Positions 25,885-38,377 of a DNA stretch of 64,000 nucleotides are shown here, one piece after another; position 1 is the first letter of the stretch; every line of letters starts with the position of its first letter. Position numbers and translations under genes: made by a program. This stretch comes from Pecten maximus (taxonomy: Eukaryota): positions 2,418,001-2,482,000 of the forward strand of contig NC_047018.1 in assembly GCF_902652985.1 (NCBI RefSeq), given 5' to 3'. Below the pieces are notes generated by a model, which was given only the letters and a program-made list of their open reading frames with translations, was not told the DNA's origin and searched no databases.

Positions 25885-28800
25885 GTGGTATGTATACCCC
25901 TCATATGTACCCACGGTATGTGTATGTACTCCCAGTATGAGTATGTATATGTTACCCCGGTGTGTGTATGTACCCCCGGTATGTGTATGTACCCCCGGTA
26001 TGTGTGTGTACCCCCGGTATGTGTGTGTACCCCCGGTATGTGTGTGTACCCCCGGTATGTGTGTGTACCCCCGGTATGTGTGTGTACCCCCGGTGTGTGT
26101 GTGTACCCCCGGTGTGTGTGTGTACCCCCGGTGTGTGTGTGTATCCCCGGTATGTGTATGTACCCCCGGTATGTGTGTGTACCCCCGGTATGTGTATGTA
26201 CCCCCGGTATGTGTATGTACCCCCGGTATGTGTGTGTACCCCCGGTATGTGTGTGTACCCCCGGTATGTGTGTGTACCCCCGGTGTGTGTGTGTGTATCC
26301 CCGGTATGTGTATGTACCCCCGGTATGTGTGTGTACCCCCGGTATGTGTGTGTACCCCCGGTATGTGTGTGTACCCCCGGTATGTGTGTGTACCCCCGGT
26401 ATGTGTGTGTACCCCCGGTGTGTGTGTGTACCCCCGGTATGTGTGTGTACCCCCGGTGTGTGTGTATGTTCCCCCGGTATGTGTGTGTACCCCCGGTATG
26501 TGTGTGTACCCCCGGTATGTGTGTGTACCCCCGGTATGTGTGTGTACCCCCGGTATGTGTGTGTACCCCCGGTGTGTGTATGTACCCCCGGTGTGTGTAT
26601 GTACCCCCGGTATGTGTGTGTACCCCCGGTGTGTGTATGTACCCCCGGTGTGTGTATGTACCCCCGGTGTGTGTATGTACCCCCGGTATGTATATGTACC
26701 CCCGGTATGTGTATGTACCCCCGGTATGTGTATGTACCCCCGGTGTGTGTATGTACCCCCGGTATGTATATGTACCCCCGGTATGTGTATGTACCCCCGG
26801 TATGTGTATGTACCCCCGGTGTGTGTATGTACCCCCGGTATGTATATGTACCCCTGGTATGTGTATGTACCCCCGGTATGTGTGTGTTACCCCGGTATGT
26901 GTGTGTACCCCTGGTATGTGTATGTACCCCCGGTATGTGTATGTACCCCCGGTATGTGTATGTACCCCCGGTATGTGTATGTACCCCCGGTGTGTGTATG
27001 TACCCCCGGTATGTGTGTGTACCCCTGGTATGTGTATGTACCCCCGGTGTGTGTATGTACCCCCGGTATGTGTATGTACCCCCGGTATGTGTATGTACCC
27101 CCGGTGTGTGTATGTACCCCCGGTATGTGTATGTACCCCCGGTATGTGTATGTACCCCCGGTGTGTGTATGTACCCCCGGTATGTATATGTACCCCTGGT
27201 ATGTGTATGTACCCCCGGTATGTGTGTGTTACCCCGGTATGTGTGTGTACCCCTGGTATGTGTATGTACCCCCGGTATGTGTATGTACCCCCGGTATGTG
27301 TATGTACCCCCGGTGTGTGTATGTACCCCCGGTATGTATATGTACCCCTGGTATGTGTATGTACCCCCGGTATGTGTGTGTTACCCCGGTATGTGTGTGT
27401 ACCCCTGGTATGTGTATGTACCCCCGGTATGTGTATGTACCCCCGGTATGTGTATGTACCTCCGGTATGTGTATGTACCCACGGTATGTGTATGTACCCC
27501 CGGTATGTGTATGTACCCCCGGTGTGTGTATGTACCCCCGGTATGTATATGTACCCCTGGTATGTGTATGTACCCCCGGTATGTGTGTGTTACCCCGGTA
27601 TGTGTGTGTACCCCTGGTATGTGTATGTACCCCCGGTATGTGTGTGTACCCCCGGTATGTGTATGTACCTCCGGTATGTGTATGTACCCACGGTATGTGT
27701 ATGTACCCCCGGTATGTGTATGTACCCCCGGTGTGTGTATGTACCCCCGGTATGTATATGTACCCCTGGTATGTGTATGTACCCCCGGTATGTGTGTGTT
27801 ACCCCGGTATGTGTGTGTACCCCTGGTATGTGTATGTACCCCCGGTATGTGTATGTACCCCCGGTATGTGTATGTACCTCCGGTATGTGTATGTACCCCC
27901 GGTATGTATATGTACCCCTGGTATGTGTGTGTACCCCTGGTATGTGTGTGTACCCCCGGTGTGTGTATGTACCCCCGGTGTGTGTATGTACCCACGGTAT
28001 GTGTATGTACCCCCGGTATGTATATGTACCCCTGGTATGTGTGTGTACCCCTGGTATGTGTGTGTACCCCTGGTATGTGTGTGTACCCCCGGTGTGTGTA
28101 TGTACCCCCGGTATGTGTATGTTACCCTGGTATGTGTATGTACCCCCGGTATGTGTGTGTTACCCCGGTATGTGTGTGTACCCCCGGTATGTGTATGTAC
28201 CCCCGGTATGTGTATGTACCCCCGGTATGTGTATGTACCCCCGGTATGTGTATGTTACCCCGGTATGTGTATGTTACCCCGGTATGTGTATGTACCTCCG
28301 GTATGTGTATGTACCCACGGTATGTGTATGTACCCCCGGTATGTGTATGTACCTCCGGTATGTGTATGTACCCCCGGTATGTGTATGTACCTCCGGTATG
28401 TGTATGTACCCCCGGTATGTGTATGTACCCCCGGTATGTGTATGTACCCCCGGTATGTGTATGTACCTCCGGTATGTGTATGTACCCACGGTATGTGTAT
28501 GTACCCCCGGTATGTGTATGTACCCCCGGTATGTGTATGTACCCCCGGTGTGTGTATGTACCCCCGGTATGTGTATGTACCCCCGGTATGTGTGTGTTAC
28601 CCCGGTATGTGTATGTTACCCCGGTATGTGTATGTACCCCCGGTATGTGTATGTACCCCCGGTATGTGTATGTTACCCCGGTATGTGTATGTACCCCCGG
28701 TATGTGTATGTACCCCCGGTGTGTGTATGTACCCCCGGTATGTGTATGTACCCCCGGTATGTGTGTGTTACCCCGGTATGTGTGTGTACCCCCGGTATGT

Positions 28801-30170
28801 GTATGTACCCCCGGTATGTGTATGTACCCCCGGTATGTGTATGTACCCCCGGTATGTGTATGTTACCCCGGTATGTGTATGTTACCCCGGTATGTGTATG
28901 TACCTCCGGTATGTGTATGTACCCACGGTATGTGTATGTACCCCCGGTATGTGTATGTACCTCCGGTATGTGTATGTACCCCCGGTATGTGTATGTACCT
29001 CCGGTATGTGTATGTACCCCCGGTATGTGTATGTACCCCCGGTATGTGTATGTACCCCCGGTATGTGTATGTACCTCCGGTATGTGTATGTACCCCCGGT
29101 ATGTGTATGTTACCCCGGTATGTGTATGTACCCCCGGTATGTGTATGTACCCCTGGTGTGTGTATGTACCCCCGGTGTGTGTATGTACCCCCGGTGTGTG
29201 TGTGTACCCCCGGTGTGTGTATGTACCCCCGGTATGTGTATGTTACCCTGGTATGTGTGTGTACCCCCGGTATGTGTGTACCCCCGGTATGTGTATGTAC
29301 CCCCGGTATGTGTATGTTACCCCGGTATGTGTGTGTACCCTCGGTATGTGTATGTACCCCCGGTATGTGTATGTACTCCCGGTATGTGTGTGTACATGTA
29401 CCCCCGGTATGTGTATGTTACCCCGGTATGTGTATGTACCCCCGGTATGTGTGTGTACCCCCAGTGTATGTATCCCCGGTATGTGTGTGTACCCCCGGTA
29501 TGTGTATGTACCCCCGGTATGTGTATGTACCCCCGGTATGTGTATGTACCCCCGGTATGTGTATGTACCCCCGGTATGTGTGTGTACCCCCGGTATGTGT
29601 ATGTACCTCCGGTATGTGTATGTACCCCCGGTATGTGTGTGTACCCCCGGTGTGTGTATGTACCCCCGGTGTGTGTATGTACCTCCGGTATGTGTATGTA
29701 CCCCCGGTATGTGTGTGTACCCCCGGTGTGTGTATGTACCCCCCGGTATGTGTATGTACCCCTGGTATGTGTGTGTACCCCCGGTGTGTGTATGTACCCC
29801 CGGTATGTGTATGTACCCCCGGTATGTGTATGTACCTCCGGTATGTGTATGTACCCCCGGTATGTGTATGTACCCCCGGTGTGTGTATGTACCCCCGGTG
29901 TGTGTATGTGCCCCCGGTGTTTGTGTGTATACCCCCGGTATGTGTGTGTACCCCTGGTGTGTGTGTGTACCCCCGGTGTGTGTATGTACCCCCGGTGTGT
30001 GTATGTACCCCCGGTGTGTGTATGTACCCCCGGTATGTGTATGTACCCCCGGTATGTGTTGTACCCCCGGTATGTGTATGCACCCCCGGTGTGTGTATGT
30101 ACCCCCGGTGTGTGTATGTGCCCCCGGTATGTGTATATACCCCCGGTATGTGCATGTACCTCTTGTATGT
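25885..30170. repeat. 19-bp minisatellite (CCCCCGGTATGTGTATGTA), ~225 copies, 4.3 kb
   Basis: 19-nt period (19-aa period across three units); degenerate edges. Confidence 0.98.
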
Positions 30171-31171
30171 GTATACTCTGGTATATATGTGTACTTTTTT
30201 GTATTTCTGCCGGTTTATCACCTATAAATATAATCAGTACAATTCTATCTATCCACTTTAATGTTGTGTAGGTGGACATCAGAATAATTCTATCTATATA
30301 TCCACTTTAATATATTTCAGGTAGTGGGTAAAAAATCAATGTTATTACATGTGATCGTCAGTTCCATAAAGATAATGAATAATTATACAAACTAAGCAGG
30401 TCAGATTAACTTGCCCAAAATAGTGTGACTACATGTTGATGGTGTCCTTTTCACAAACTGTTGGTGTGGGTACTTTTTGGTATTAAACTTTTCTATAACC
30501 CTAAATTGTTTAAAGTACAATTATAGCATTGTTACAATGTTGGAAACAATAGGATGGTCATCAACATTATACAGGTAGTTGATTTTGAGACATTTATCCA
30601 TTGGAAACCATGTTTGATATCTTGTTTAAAGATGTCAATCATGATGGAGAATTTTGCAACTTTTTATGTTTTGATCATTTGAAGAACAATATTGCTGTTG
30701 AAAGCGTTGTTTTCGTGTAAGATAAACATTTTCGGGATATAAGCATTGGTATAAAAAATGAAATTGACTTCAAAACTATTTACAGGTCAAGTTTAGTTTA
30801 ATCTGTGCTTTAGGGGTTTATGAAAATTTTTAAGTTCCAAGAAAAAAATTGAAGGAAATTCTGAATGATTTTGGTATGTATGATACAAATGCATTTTCAG
30901 TATACTTATTTCTTATTTATCCTTGTTATTGATTTATTTGTTTCTTTCCGAGTGCTTCATTTAAAAATGCTTTTATTCGGTTCTGTTGATTCTATTATTT
31001 ACATGTTGCTGATACACATATGTGTCACATGTATTGTGAATTGTGATATGTAGCAGTATCTGTTTATGTATAAAATGATGTTAGTAATATTATATAATGT
31101 ACTTTGATGTTATGTACAGATGTCCAACTGGTGTCAATAAATCATTATACCTAGTTTGTTGTTATTGATAG

Positions 31172-31500
31172 TTTTTATCTCACCTGCCCAAAAGCCAAGT
31201 GAGCATATACTGTGGTGCAGCATCAATGGTGTGTCCATCCGGAGTCAACTTTAACCTTTAAACGAATTCTAAATAACCAAAAGGTCAGGAATAAAATATT
31301 TGACAGGAACATCCTGGGGATGACACCAAAGATAGTTTGTAAAAAAGAATGAACTTGACCCCATATTCAACCAGAGATCCAAACTGTTAAAACACTCAAA
31401 TGACATATTATCCTAGACGTAGAATCAAGATATTTGGTTGTTCAGTACCGTAGTTAACCACCACACAGACCTCTACTCGTATTCATGGTCACAGGTCAAA
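31172..31500 (+). mobile_element. Degenerate HINE/Helentron-like 5' end
   Basis: TTTTTATCTCACCTGCCCAAAAGCCAAGTGAGC (subterminal inverted repeat CTCAC...GTGAG), followed by a GTGTCCATCC microsatellite-like stretch and AACTTT. Confidence 0.55.
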
Positions 31501-31702
31501 CCACTCAATTGACTTCTTTTGATAAACCCAAAAGATCTAACTCTATACTACCCATAAACACTGATAGTAACACATAGCTGATCTAAGGTGTTTTAAAACA
31601 GTAAAATAATTTGGGCCATGAATGGAAACTAGGAACATGTTTCCTAGATGCCCTGAACCTTTACTTTGGTGGTACCTGGGGCAAGATAAAATTAGTACTC
31701 GT

Positions 31703-33772
31703 AAAGACAAGTTATACAATGGAACTCTCTTCCCTGACAAAGACAAGTTATACATATAATAGAACTCTCTTCCCTGGCAAAGACAAGTTATACATATAAT
31801 AGAACTCTCTTCCCTGGCAAACACAAGTTATATAATGGAACTCTCTTCCCTGGCAAAGACAAGTTACACAATGGAACTCTCTTCCCTGGCAAAGACAAGT
31901 TATACAATGGAACTCTCTTCCCTGACAAAGACAAGTTATACAATGGAACTCTCTTCCCTGGCAAAGACAAGTTATACAATGGAACTCTCTTCCCTGATAA
32001 ATACAAGTTATATAATAGAACTCTCTTCCCTGACAAAGACAAGTTATACAATGGAACTCTCTTCCCTGACAAAGACAAGTTATACATATAATAGAACTCT
32101 CTTCCCTGACAAAGACAAGTTATACAATGGAACTCTCTTCCCTGACAAAGACAAGTTACACAATGGAACTCTCTTCCCTGACAAAGACAAGTTATACAAT
32201 GGAACTCTCTTCCCTGACAAAGACAAGTTATACAATGGAACTCTCTTCCCTGGCAATGACAAGTTATACAATGGAACTCTCTTCCCTGATAAAGACAAGT
32301 TATACAATGGAACTCTCTTCCCTGACAAAGACAAGTTATACATATAATAGAACTCTCTTCCCTGGCAATGACAAGTTATACAATGGAACTCTCTTCCCTG
32401 ACAAAGACAAGTTATACATTGGAACTCTCTTCCCTGACAAAGACAAGTTATACAATGGAACTCTCTTCCCTGACAAATACAAGTTATACAATGGAACTCT
32501 CTTCCCTGACAAAGACAAGTTATACAATGGAACTCTCTTCCCTGACAAAGACAAGTTATACATTGGAACTCTCTTCCCTGACAAAGACAAGTTACACAAT
32601 GGAACTCTCTTCCCTGACAAAGACAAGTTATACATATAATAGAACTCTCTTCCCTGACAAAGACAAGTTATACAATGGAACTCTCTTCCCTGGCAAAGAC
32701 AAGTTATACATATAATAGAACTCTCTTCCCTGACAAAGACAAGTTATACATATAATAGAACTCTCTTCCCTGGCAAAGACAAGTTATACATATAATAGAA
32801 CTCTCTTCCCTGGCAAAGACAAGTTATACAATGGAACTCTCTTCCCTGACAAAGACAAGTTATACATATAATAGAACTCTCTTCCCTGGCAAAGACAAGT
32901 TATACAATAGAACTCTCTTCCCTGAAAAAGACAAGTTACACAATGGAACTCTCTTCCCTGACAAAGACAAGTTACACAATGGAACTCTCTTCCCTGACAA
33001 AGACAAGTTATACGATGGAACTCTCTTCCCTGGCAAAGACAAGTTATATAATGGAACTCTCTTCCCTGACAAAGACAAGTTATACAAGTGCAATCAATGA
33101 TTGCGAAAGCTCACCGGCGGCAGCAATCACACTATGCATTCATTTTTTATGTATGTATAAGCATGTCATTTTGAAATTGTATGTCACATAATATCGCTCC
33201 CAGACCTCTAATGGATGTATAAACCAAATAAGAAGGGTGTGGACTTACAAGCTTTTCAAAACTTACCCCAAAAATCTTAAAAGTGAGTTTTTGTGTCAAA
33301 AAAGTAAGTCCACTAAATAGTAAAATGCCAATTTTTTTTCTGCATGATTTGCCACAGCATCACTCCTGGATCTCTAATGAATGTATAAACCAATTAGAAG
33401 GGTGATAGGTGTATACTTTTGGACTTAGCCCCAAAACTTTAAAGTGAGTTTTGGTGCAAAAAAAGTTAAGTCCACAAAATGACAATGGAACTCTCTTCCT
33501 TGACAAAGACAAGTTATACAATGGAACTCTCTTCCCTGGCAAAGACAAGTTATACAATGGAACTCTCTTCCCTGGCAAAGACAAGTTATACAATGGAACT
33601 CTCTTCCCTGACAAAGACAAGTTATACAATAGAAATCCCTTCCCTGACAAAGACAAGTTATACAATGGAACTCTCTTCCCTGACAAAGACAAGTTATACA
33701 ATGGAACTCTCTTCCCTGACAAAGACAAGTTATACAATGGAACTCTCTTCCCTGACAAATACAACTCTCTTC
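31703..33772. repeat. 36-bp minisatellite (AAAGACAAGTTATACAATGGAACTCTCTTCCCTGAC) with 40-bp variants, split by an insertion at ~33084-33482
   Basis: Direct periodicity; two blocks, 31703-33087 and 33483-33772. Confidence 0.96.
33084..33482 (-). mobile_element. 5'-truncated HINE/Helentron-like element inserted in the 36-bp array
   Basis: Minus-strand 3' end GGTGAGC...GCAATC-ATT-GATTGC-ACTTGT (subTIR, hairpin, CTTGT); two ~160-bp internal repeats at ~33200-33480. Confidence 0.6.
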
Positions 33773-34245
33773 CCAAGTGTTGTGAGAAATATACTGTAAA
33801 ATTGACGAATAGAAAAATTCAAGCCATATTTGTTGATAATACTTTTATTATTTTATAAAGTTACAGAATTTAATATCAAGTTTAATAACAGTACGTAACA
33901 GAAGTTAGTAAATTTACACTTGATCAGCAGTTTTTCTTGAAACATGATCTCGCCCTTGTGTTCCATTTCATCAACATTTTTTACAACTTATACATTTTGT
34001 ATTCCTATGATCATATAACAGTTAATTTTATTGTCTGTTATCAGACAAGAATTTTTAAAGTTTCAACAATAATTCTTCACAAATGTACAGATTATATCTG
34101 TTGAACATCTATTAAAAATGTGACACAAAATCAATGTAATCTAGTTCACTTCAGTCCTAATTAAATAAAAATGTGTACTTCTATCAAACCACCTATTATA
34201 ATATCACAAGTTTACTGTTGGAGGTACGTGTATTTCTATAAAAGA

Positions 34246-34450
34246 CCTTGCCTACAGCTAACCGATATGTATATTTGTATGACAAACCTTGCCCACAGCT
34301 AACTGATATGTATATTTGTATGACAAACCTTGCCTACAGCTAACTGATATGTATATTTGTATGACAAACCTTGCCCACAGCTAACTGATATGTATATTTG
34401 TATGACAAACCTTGCCCACAGCTAACCGATATGTATATTTGTATGACAGA
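34246..34450. repeat. 41-bp tandem repeat, ~5 copies
   Basis: CCTTGCC(T/C)ACAGCTAAC(T/C)GATATGTATATTTGTATGACAAA. Confidence 0.9.
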
Positions 34451-34659
34451 CCTATCATAGTCCGACATTCCTAAGCTCATTCTGAAGTACGGTATGAACA
34501 GACCTATCACACAAGCCTAACGGCGTATAAATAAACTAATAGAATGTACTACAATATCATCTACATATAGTATACTCGAGTCCACACAGTGTGTGGATCT
34601 AATGACTTCAAACTTCACCTAATGATTCAGATCACTAGGTTAGCTAGCTGTTACTGAAA

Positions 34660-35283
34660 GGACAATCTGAAAACATCCTGACAACCTTTGTATATACCTA
34701 ATAACTACTACTGACACAATACTGTACACACTGTACTGTACACACTATATACTGTACACAGTGTACTGTACTGGAGGGACGATCTGAAGACATCCTGACA
34801 ACCTTTGTATATACCTAATAACTACTACTGACACAATACTGTACACACCGTACTACAATATATACCTAATAACTACTACTGACACAATACTGTACACACT
34901 GTACTGTACACACTATATACTGTACACACTGTACTGTACACACTATATACTGTACACAGTGTACTGTACTGGAGGGACGATCTGAAGACATCCTGACAAC
35001 CTTTGTATATACCTAATAACTACTACTGACACAATACTGTACACACTGTACTGTACACACTATATACTGTACACAGTGTACTGTACTGGAGGGACGATCT
35101 GAAGACATCCTGACAACCTTTGTATGTACCTAATAACTACTACTGACACAATACTGTACACACTGTACTGTACACACTATATACTGTACACAGTGTACTG
35201 TACTGTAAGGACGATCTGAAGACATCCTGACAACCTTTGTATATACCTAATAACTACTACTGACACAATACTGTACACACTGT
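34660..35283. repeat. ~118-bp tandem repeat, ~5 copies, with internal ACTGTACAC sub-repeats
   Basis: GGACGATCTGAAGACATCCTGACAACCTTTGTATATACCTAATAACTACTACTGACAC... recurs. Confidence 0.88.
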
Positions 35284-35757
35284 TCTATGTATGGATTACC
35301 AATGCCAGTATATCAGTTTTATTTGACTGATCCATCCCTGGTTTCATCAACGTTCCTACTCAAACAATGTTGTCGTTTACACAGTGAAATGACTGGCACC
35401 TTATTGGTTGACCCCACAATAAACAATCAGCTAGACTCCTTGAGCTAGCTGAAGTAGGCAATACTGATGAAACTGGGGCCAAAAACAATTTTCAAAATGA
35501 CAATTGAAAGTTAGCACTTATCTAACAGGTTAAGGTAGTACACTGCACATACTTAATGTTAAAACAAAGAGTTCCCTGGAACAATATACATCTGTCAAAT
35601 ACCATATAGTGTATATAATCTTGCATTGAAATAAGATTTGAGTCACCTTAAGAGGGTTAAGTTAGTATCATGCTATAAATCTCACCTTTCATTATAAAGT
35701 CATCATTTAATTTTCGGAGTTTAATTAACAGTCTCCAACTCATTAAAAACAATTCAA

Positions 35758-36335
35758 CTTTGTATCATATTATAAAGTTATATATATATATATATAATCC
35801 TAAGTTTGTATCATATTATATTGTTATATATATATATATATATATATCCTAAGTTTNNNNNNNNNNNNNNNNNNNNNNNNNNNNNNNNNNNNNNNNNNNN
35901 NNNNNNNNNNNNNNNNNNNNNNNNNNNNNNNNNNNNNNNNNNNNNNNNNNNNNNNNNNNNNNNNNNNNNNNNNNNNNNNNNNNNNNNNNNNNNNNNNNNN
36001 NNNNNNNNNNNNNNNNNNNNNNNNNNNNNNNNNNNNNNNNNNNNNNNNNNNNNNNNNNNNNNNNNNNNNNNNNNNNNNNNNNNNNNNNNNNNNNNNNNNN
36101 NNNNNNATCATATTATATTGTTATATATATATATATATAATCCTAAGTTTGTATCATATTATATTGTTATATATATATATATATAATCCTAAGTTTGTAT
36201 CATATTATATTGTTATATATATATCCTAAGTTTGTATCATATTATATTGTTATATATATATATATATATATATAATCCTAAGTTTGTATCATATTATATT
36301 GTTATATATATATATATATATATAATCCTAAGTTT
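35758..36335. repeat. Compound repeat CCTAAGTTTGTATCATATTATATTGT(TA)n spanning an assembly gap (250 N, 35857-36106)
   Basis: Same unit on both sides of the N run. Confidence 0.9.
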
Positions 36336-36672
36336 CAAAGAAATCAGCAGAAAAATGTAGAACTAGAAATAAACAAAGGGCAATAACTTTGGCAAAAAAA
36401 ATTGAATCAAAGTCCTTTTCAGGAAACCACAACTTCATACCATGGTTCTAACGCCTACCAAGTTTCAAAGTTGGTCAAAAAAAGGAAGATTTCCGGACAA
36501 AAAATTCTTTTTCCAGAAAACACAACTCCATATTATGATCATAATGTATACCAAGTCTCAAAGAAATTGATGTTAAAATGTTGGAGATTGCAGGACCAAA
36601 AATAGTTTTACACTGGCTGGATGACGCCATACCATAATATTCCTGTAAAATTTTGACAGGCGTATAAAAAAA
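36336..36672 (-). mobile_element. Degenerate HINE/Helitron-like repeat, 5' end
   Basis: Minus strand begins TTTTTATACGCCTGTCAAAATTTTACAGGAATATTATGGTATGGCGTCATCC; internal AAGTTATTGCCCTTTG and GAAACTTGGT motifs typical of bivalve HINE cores (from recall). Confidence 0.5.
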
Positions 36673-37454
36673 ATATAGCAAAGAATTTTTTACAGGGAAT
36701 TGCATAAATACTTTGATTACATTGCACAGATAATCACATTGTCTCCATTATTCTAACTGATAATATATCAAACCATCTCTCCAAAAAACCTACTATCTCA
36801 GTGGTGACCTATACAAGGTAAAAACTGGTTATCCTCGTGGCGATTAGAGTTTTAAGCAGTAATAAAAACAGTTCTGTGTAAAGTCATTTACTTGAGATTA
36901 GATGCTCTGATATATTGGTATCGTTTTGTTTTTGTAAATCTAGCAACTGTGTTTGAACAAGATTGGTTTATAGGTTTCTCCATAAGCAGTACATCATACT
37001 ACATGTTTAGTTGAAAATACACGTACATCATATAAGGAAACAGAATATGGAAAGTCTCAGAAGGAAGGAAAAGAAGAAAGAGTTAGAGCACTATGTTGTA
37101 ATGGATATAAGGAATGTTGGATAAAACTCGCTCCACAACCAATGAAACTACAATAATATAATGTACATATAACTAATGCTGTAGGATTGCACACCCATAT
37201 ATAACACACATACAGTCGAGAATGGTTGAGTCCCATTCTGGGAGACACAGTCGAGTATGGTACAGCCCCATTCTGGGAGTAACTGCCATTTGTCTGGATA
37301 GTAAAAATTTACTTTTATCTCCGACAATTTTGTTAAGTGAGAAGAGAATACCCGCATGGTAATGGTTAAACAAGAATCTCCACAGCTTAGACAGACGGTG
37401 GCTGGACTTACAGCTCAACTGTACGTATACAAATCATATATACAATAGAACTAC

Positions 37455-37828
37455 ATGATGTTAAAACATATTATTTACAGAGGATTAATAATCATATACA
37501 ACATTGATATGTCAACTCATCATTAATAGTCGGACCTTGTCACACGGTGGATGTTAAAATACAATAGTTACAGAGGATTAATAATTATATACAACACTGA
37601 TATGTCAACTCATCATTAATAGTCGGACCTTGTCACACGGTGGATGTTAAAACACATTATTTACAGAGGATTAATAATCATATACAACACTGATATGTCA
37701 ACTCATCATTAATAGTCGGACCTTGTCACACGGTGGATGTTAAAACACATTATTTACAGAGGTTTAATAATCATATACAACACTGATATGTTAACTCATC
37801 ATCATTAATAGTCAGACGTTGTCACACC
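37455..37828. repeat. ~95-bp tandem repeat, ~4 copies
   Basis: GATGTTAAAACACATTATTTACAGAGGATTAATAATCATATACAAC...GTCACACGGTG recurs. Confidence 0.88.
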
Positions 37829-38377
37829 GGGGATTTTCAGCAGCATGATAATAGGATAGCTGGTAAAAAAATACAAAACCAGCTCAAATTGAATTTGATG
37901 GAACTGTTGTATAATTCCTGAGTTTAACCCCAATATCAGATACAACATACATACAAAAATCACTTTTAGTTATAAACAGAGAATTAAAGACAATTTAAAA
38001 AGTGTAAAATATAATTTTGTTGTGATACATTAGATGATACTTAATTAAGATGTGGTCTTGTGTCATATCTTAGATATATAGTGGATTGTTTGCTCAGTTA
38101 AAGAATTAACTTCAAAATTCTTCTTAAATACACATTTTGCATTGAATACAAGATGTATAGCCATTTATAGGCAGGAGACATGAAATTCACAATTACATAT
38201 TGTATGTAGCTTTGTTGATCAGCTGGCTATATATTTTGAAAAACATGTCCCATGCATGATGACTTGGCATTTTAGAAATCATCCAATGAAAGAGTTAGAT
38301 ACATAATTAACTTTGATGTTACGTAGAAAATCTATTGTTATCAGTAAAATGTATAACTTTACATAACGTGTATTGCC

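Noticed and set aside
25820-30279. Three ~1450-aa Cys/Val/Pro-rich ORFs (metallothionein/keratin-like look)
   Set aside because: The 19-bp unit is not a multiple of 3, so the same peptide cycles through all three frames; this is a repeat artefact.
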